Assembly (NCBI RefSeq): GCF_009914755.1
Contig: NC_060939.1
From: the human T2T-CHM13v2.0 reference genome, Homo sapiens
Length of the DNA stretch: 64,000 nt
Direction: 5' to 3' (one strand)
The notes under the pieces are model-generated. The model worked only from the letters and a program-made list of their open reading frames with translations. It was not told the origin of the DNA and made no database searches. This document shows positions 56,867-64,000 of this stretch, in pieces. Both the position numbers and the translations under genes were made by a program. Position 1 is the stretch's first letter; every line of letters starts with the position of its first letter.

Positions 56867-57160
56867 GGCCGGGTGCAGTGGTTCATGCCTGTAATCCCAG
56901 CACTTTGGGAGGGCAACACGAGGGGATCACTTGAGGTCAGGAGTTCCAGACCAGCCTGGCCAATGTGGTGAGACCCCGTCTTTACTAAAAATACAAAAAT
57001 TAGCTGGGCGTGGTGGTGCATGCCTGTAGTCCCAGCGCCTCAGGAGGCTGAGGCTGGAGAATCCCTCAAGTCTGGGAGGCAGTGGTTGCACTGAGACAAG
57101 ATGGAGCCACTGCACTCCAGCCTGGGTGACAGAGTGAGACTCTGTCTCAATCAAAAAGAA
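56867..57160 (+). mobile_element. AluSx/Sz-like
   Basis: Full dimer. Confidence 0.92.
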
Positions 57161-57196
57161 GAGTTTAATTCATAATTAATAAAAAAAGAAATATTA

Positions 57197-57275
57197 AACT
57201 CCTGAGCTCAAGTGATCCACCCACCTCAGCCTCCCAAAGTGTTGGGATTGCAGGCATGAGCCACTGTGCCTGGCC
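57197..57275 (-). mobile_element. Alu 5' fragment
   Basis: aactcctgagctcaagtgatcc...gagccactgtgcctggcc. Confidence 0.85.
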
Positions 57276-57454
57276 TAAATTTCATTTCTTAATCAAATGC
57301 TAAACTTTCTCATTTTTCTCTTGTTCATAACTAGGAGTATTCATTCACTTGTGCAGTAATATTTGAAAGACAGAACACATTTCCTATACTTAAAATCTGT
57401 GAGCAACTTTCTTTTTGACCTTTTGTAATCTACTTCATCTCTTGAAATCTGTTT

Positions 57455-57614
57455 TGTTTAAATTTTAAAGACAGGATCTCTCTCTATCACCAGGGATGGA
57501 GTGCAGTGGCACCATCATAGTTCGTTACAGCCTCCGTCTCCTGGGCTGAAGCGATCCTCTCGCCTTGGCTTCCCAAAGTGGTGGGATTACAGGCATGAGC
57601 CACTGCACCTGGCC
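57455..57614 (-). mobile_element. Monomeric Alu (left/right-arm chimera)
   Basis: Right-arm 3' part joined to cccaaagtggtgggattaca; TSD gaaatctgtttt / gaagtctgtttt. Confidence 0.8.
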
Positions 57615-58264
57615 AGAAGTCTGTTTTTTTTTTTTTAAACATATAAAATAAGGGATGATATTACTTTTCTAAATAACACATGGGTCAATGAAGAAATCTC
57701 AAAAGAAAGTGTTTTAAACTAAATGAAAATGAAAAGTTTATCAAAATTTGTGATGCAACAAAAGCAGTGCTTGGAAGGAAGTTTGTAGCATTGAATGTAG
57801 AAACTAGACAAAAGATTGAAAATTAATCATCTGAGCTTCCACCTTAGGAAGCTAATGAAGTACAAATTAAATCCAGTATAAGCAAAAGAAAACATGATAA
57901 AAATTAAAGCAGAAATCAATGAAATTAAAAATAAGAAATCAGTGAACATAAAAACTGGTTCTTCAAAAACATAAAGGATGATGTTTTTCCAGTCTAACTT
58001 TGTTTTTATTATCTGTGCCTCCTTATTAATGATTTCTAGTACTGCACACCAAGCCTGATTATTTTTGCCACTGAGGTATGATTTGTGTCAAATTTACCAT
58101 TACCAGGGCTTGGCTCCTATTTCTTCATTTTAGTTTTTCACTGCTGAAATTCTTTCTTAGTGCTTTATTTTGCAGTTGTCCTGTTTATTATGACTCTACA
58201 GCCATTTTTTTCCTAGAAATAAATTTTGCCTTTTCTGTAATTATTCTAGTGCTTTTATTTTTAA

Positions 58265-58561
<297 letters not shown>

Positions 58562-59059
58562 TTCTAATGCCTGTTTATATTTCATTGTCCAGGAATTCCA
58601 CAAATTGTATTATTTTTTGTAGGTTTCACAGATTTGAATACCAGCCTCCAATATTTCAGTAAGTATTTCCACCAAAAAGGACGTTCTTCTACTTACACCA
58701 CATTATTTTAACAAAGAAAATTAACAGCAATTCGCTGACATGATTTCTATTTACATTCCCCAGATTGTCCCCAAAATGTCTTTCATAGATTTAAAAAATA
58801 TTCGTTGGATTTGATTGTTGCATGTTTTAGTTTCTTTTCATTTAAAATAGTTTTCCTTATACCTGATGTTTCAGAAAGCAGAGCACCTGTCTAGGGATGT
58901 CTCACATTCTGGATTTGTCTGACTTTCCTTGAAGGGTCATTCATGTGTTCCACTCTCTCCCATTTTTCCTGAAACATTAATTTTTTTGTCAGTAAAATTT
59001 CTTAATTGATGCTATATATCATCACATCAATAGGACATATTTTCGAGTGACTGGTTCCT

Positions 59060-60135
59060 AGTTCTGCCTGCTTCCATTGTTTATTCTAGAGGTTGTCTTT
59101 TTTGTAAGAGTTCAAGGAGAAAGCCACAGGAGAAGGATTGCCACTGTCTTTGGAAAGCCATAGGAGTAAAAGAGTGAGTCCAGATATGGAAGGTGTTACA
59201 ACAACCCTTACATAACTGTCCGGATTGAAGGAGAGCATGAAACTTTCTAGAAAGAGAGAAACCAATAAGCCTTGAATTTGAATTTGAGATTATAGGTATT
59301 TTGAAGTTGAGAAGCGTATCTATGTCCCTAGTTTTTCTAAATATAGTTTTCATTGTCCATGTTCAGAAGTCAATGATTGGAGCACAAGTGGTGACCTATG
59401 CTTAGTAGCTCTAAAAGACTAAAATTAGGAGTTGTCTCAATAGGCAAAGACATGATGGTGATTGTGTTGTGTGTGCAAGATGAAGAGATGGGGTGGGAGT
59501 TGTTGGGGGTATAGTTACCTGTTCCACATGCCCCATGAGAAAACAAACACTTCTTGCACATCTTACTGTCCAGAAAATTGAGAACACAAAGGAATAACCA
59601 AATACGCTTTACAAAAAATAAAAAGCCTCCGTGTTTCCTCCCTAGGCGAGTGCCCTTAAAATCATACTCAATCACAATGTTTACATTATTTACTATATAA
59701 AGTCTATTAAAACAAATATTATCCACCTAACACATATATCTTCATATTCATAAACCTGAGATTTTCTGTGTAGTGACATCTACCTATGTTGATTGACTAT
59801 AATTAATTGACTCCTTCTGTATTTTTTGACACAATACAGAGTACTGAACTAGCAAAAGACAGTTATCGGTCAAGCATGTCATTTCTAGATTCCCACATAG
59901 ATATATCCCAATTCAAAAAGAAAACTAAGTGACTTGAGAGAAGTTTCTAAAAGCTTTCCTTTTGACTGACGAACTGTCAATCGAAACGGAGACTTAGTTT
60001 TCATTCTCTGTCTCTATAAGGTTTCACGTTTAAACAGATAAATAAAGCAGACAGTCTATGGCGCTTCTCATGCTGTACTACTGTAGCAGTTTGCAGGTAA
60101 TGATTGATTCAGATGAATCCTTTACATACTCGCAC
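59060..60135 (-). other. Candidate terminal exon of an antisense transcript
   Basis: Acceptor ctgttggttttccag|GTG; about 1.07 kb with no recognisable repeat and several retained CpGs; AATAAA at 59085-59080. Confidence 0.3.
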
Positions 60136-60456
60136 CTGGAAAACCAACAGATGATATGAATTCTGTATCTGAGAAAAGAGGATCACTTCTAAAATCAGTG
60201 AATTGAATTTACTGGTAAGCTGAGAGTTTACCATTTAAAACTACTGTACATCTTTCATAGTATGCCACTACTAGGTTAACAGCAAACTTAGAAAAATTCA
60301 TTCTTCTACAAGAGGAACATGATAATTTCCTAAGGGCTTTTGTATGAGAAATCTAACCAACATTTATTCATTTCTGAAAACTTTTTCTGCAGATGCCCAC
60401 TTTTCTATGGGTTGAGGAAATCTGGAGGTAATGTAACATAGGGTAATGGGTAACTT

Positions 60457-61058
60457 CAGTGGCTTCTCAGTCAAGGTAGTATGGTCTATAAAGTTGTCAT
60501 GGACACCGAATTAGTGAATACTGAACCACTGCTCCTAGGGGAAATACAGGGTTAGGTACCTGTGAGCATCTGGTCACAGCATTTTTGTTAACTGATCAAT
60601 ACATGTTTTATGTGTGTTTCTGTTTAAAGACATATATATTGTTGATTCATTAACATTGAGCTCACAATCAACAAAACAATAACTCATTCCTGAACTAAGT
60701 TTATCTAACACAGCTATTTTCTCCATGATGCACATTGTAGGTTTCTTGTGCTTGAGAACACTAGGCAGCACTTACAATGACTTGGGGGCCATGAAATAGT
60801 GAAATCATCAACAAAAACACAACAATGCAAAAACGTGGCACAAAATAGGCTACTGAAAGGACTCTTGTTTACATTATAAGAGCTGAAGCAAGAAAGCCTA
60901 TTCGTTGTCTGCTGGGAATGTGCATGTTTGGTGACTCAGATTTTTTGTTATCCCGTGTGTGTCTGCAAATGACTGGAAGACCCAGCTACTGTACAAATAA
61001 ATTTTATTAAATAGGCAAAGTTGCATATATTGAATCCGTGAATAATGAAGATCAACTG
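60457..61058 (-). mobile_element. MER82 (Tigger)
   Basis: gaattagtgaatactgaacc...ctaggggaaatacagggttagg ... gaatccgtgaataatgaagatcaactg. Confidence 0.75.
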
Positions 61059-61244
61059 AATCTAATGGTCCTTGGGTACCTATGCAGACTGAAGAAGGAA
61101 GCTAGTGTTCTTATTTATTTCCTTTGCTTTCACCTTCTTCCTCTCTCCTCAGTATTTGGTTGGCTTCATAAGCAAACTTAAAATCAAATAGAACCTTTTC
61201 TTGAGATTCCATTTTGTAAAGGTTTGTTGGCTCGGGCTTCTTAC

Positions 61245-61300
61245 ATGGTAGTGCATCAGTCTGCCTTCATTTTGAGGGATAGATGGGCTGTTGACCTTAA
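61245..61300 (-). other. Candidate 56-nt internal exon (antisense)
   Basis: aattttcttcag|TTAAGG...TACCAT|gtaaga. Confidence 0.3.
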
Positions 61301-61498
61301 CTGAAGAAAATTGGTTTTTGTTTTTTTTTCCTCAGTGATGTAATTTCTATAAAGAGTGACTCTCACTTTAAGTTATGATAAACTTTTGCTTTTTTCATAT
61401 AATTAATTTTAGCTGTATAATTATTCTCTTCTCTCCTGAGAATATTGATAATTAAAAATTGAGCTAAAGAACCTAAACGTAGGTCTTAACATTTGTTC

Positions 61499-62129
<631 letters not shown>

Positions 62130-62811
62130 ATTCATTTCTTAAATTGTGAGTTTACATTCAGTTCTCTATGTTTTCAAGAAAATTTAGAAATTCATTCTGA
62201 TCTTTAGAGTATTAGCTATACTATATGCTGTTTTAGAGGACTGTTTTTTCTTCCATTCATTGAAAGCATTTTATGTTCAAAACTTTGTGCCTGAGGGAGA
62301 GATACCAGCCAAATATTATGATATAAATATCTCTCTACTACTATTTTTAAGGATAGTCTTTCCTTTGAAGACATATGATCAGGGTGTCATTATTAGAAAA
62401 ACATTAGTTGATACTTCCTAGTATTTCTGGGTGTTCTTAGGTATTCTTTAAATAAACAAAAATAGATAAAGCAACAAAACCCATGGTGGAATATTTGGAG
62501 AACCCTTGATTAAACAAAGTTAAATTGATTTCCTTAGCATACCTCTTTAATACTCATGTACATTTTTTTAATCTCCCAGAAGAATTCTAGTATTGCATAT
62601 ACTATATAAACACTGCACGTGTTTCCTAGATTTATATGATTGTGGTATTTTTTGTGAGAGGTAGCTTAAGGGATCAGTGGTCCGTGGAATAAACTTGAGG
62701 AAATGCTGACTTAGCCTTCCTTCAACTGTCTCCCATAGATCTCATTTCTGCTGTTGTAGCAAAACAGAATGAACCTGTATCCTCCTCTATATAACAGTTT
62801 TTGAGTATTTT

Positions 62812-63143
62812 AATAATTTTTTAAAAATGTATTTTAATTTTTGTTTTTGTTTTTATTTGTAGACAGGGCCTTGGTCTGTCACCCAGGCTGGAGTGCAGTG
62901 GTGCAGTCATGGCTCACTTTAAGCCTTGGCTTCCTGGGCTCAAGCAGTCCTCTTACTTCAGCCTCCTGAGTAGCTAGGATTACAGGTGCATGCCACCATG
63001 CCTGGCTAATTTTTAGATTTTTTTGTAGAGACAGGGTCTCACTATGCTGCCCAGGCTGGTCTCGAACTCCTGACCTCAACCCATTCTCCTGCCTTAGCCT
63101 CCCAAAGTGCTGAGATTACAGGTGTGAGCTACCACCCTCAGTC
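62812..63143 (-). mobile_element. AluJ-like
   Basis: Dimer; TSD tgagtatttt. Confidence 0.9.
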
Positions 63144-63585
63144 TGAGTATTTTACGGAAGCTAAATAGTCACCCTAAGCTTTTTATTTTCCAGGTGAAAA
63201 GTCCGCTGCCCTTCAGTGGATTCTTATTATACTCTTATTTGGTAGACCTTTTTTCCAAACTTACTGTATTTTATTGGATATATTGCTATTACTTTTATTA
63301 GACTGTAAGGTCATTTATGACAAGGGATGTCTAATTTTTCTGTGGTTTGCAATGTCTGTCATAGTACCATTCATGTACTATGTGCTTAATAATAAATTGA
63401 ACTGAACACTCTTTTATGATTTTTATTTCAGTATATTATCACCACAAAAATTAAAAGGAACCAGTGATGTAATAGATATTTAAAATTCCATGTTGAGATT
63501 AGATAAGGTTTTTATTCTCACGGACTATACTTATTTTTACCAGAAATTATGACTTTGCCAGTACTGGATTTAAGATTGCTATTAA

Positions 63586-63868
<283 letters not shown>

Positions 63869-63908
63869 TAGCTATTCATTTAAAATTACTTTCCTTTTGA
63901 AAATGATT

Positions 63909-64000
63909 GGCTGGGTGTGGTGGCTCGTGCCTGTAATCCCAGCACTTTGGGAAGCTGAGGAGGGTGGATTGCTTGAGCTTAGGAGTTTAAGACCAGCCTG
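63909..64000 (+). mobile_element. Alu 5' part (cut by window end)
   Basis: ggctgggtgtggtggctcgtgcctgtaatcccagc. Confidence 0.9.

Noticed and set aside
59370-59726. 118-aa minus-strand ORF as a CDS
   Set aside because: Non-ATG start, no recognisable motif, and no flanking splice structure
63180-63245. Plus-strand acceptor ttttattttccag as an exon
   Set aside because: No good donor, and the sequence resembles an ancient LINE (CR1/L2) remnant

Overview
This is primate (catarrhine-type) nuclear DNA that is AT-rich, CpG-depleted and dominated by interspersed repeats, most consistent with the interior of a very large intron. I find no recognisable host protein-coding exon, CpG island, tRNA, rRNA or CRISPR array. 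The ORF track is Alu- or L1-derived or chance; the only real protein homology is to dead L1 ORF2 fragments. Repeat content is about 34 Alu elements or fragments (FAM, J, S, Y, and one Yd3a1-like), three long ancient L1M relics, two primate L1 insertions (one with a twin-priming 5' inversion), four MST-type MaLR LTRs, MER4-group ERV1 LTRs, Tigger and hAT DNA transposons, two MADE1 MITEs and several microsatellites. The items most worth follow-up are: a 60-bp-arm fold-back hairpin matching no repeat I recognise (35977-36102); a MADE1 carrying four tandem palindromic 34-mers (23481-23656); a candidate antisense two-exon unit whose splice junction creates ACCATG and a 19-aa ORF (59060-61300); an Alu with a twin-priming-like 5' inversion (63586-63868); and a candidate exon or alternative promoter bracketed by inverted Alus (24430-24890). 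Repeat subfamily names come from recalled consensus motifs, not from a search. I see no convincing evidence of a new multi-gene system.
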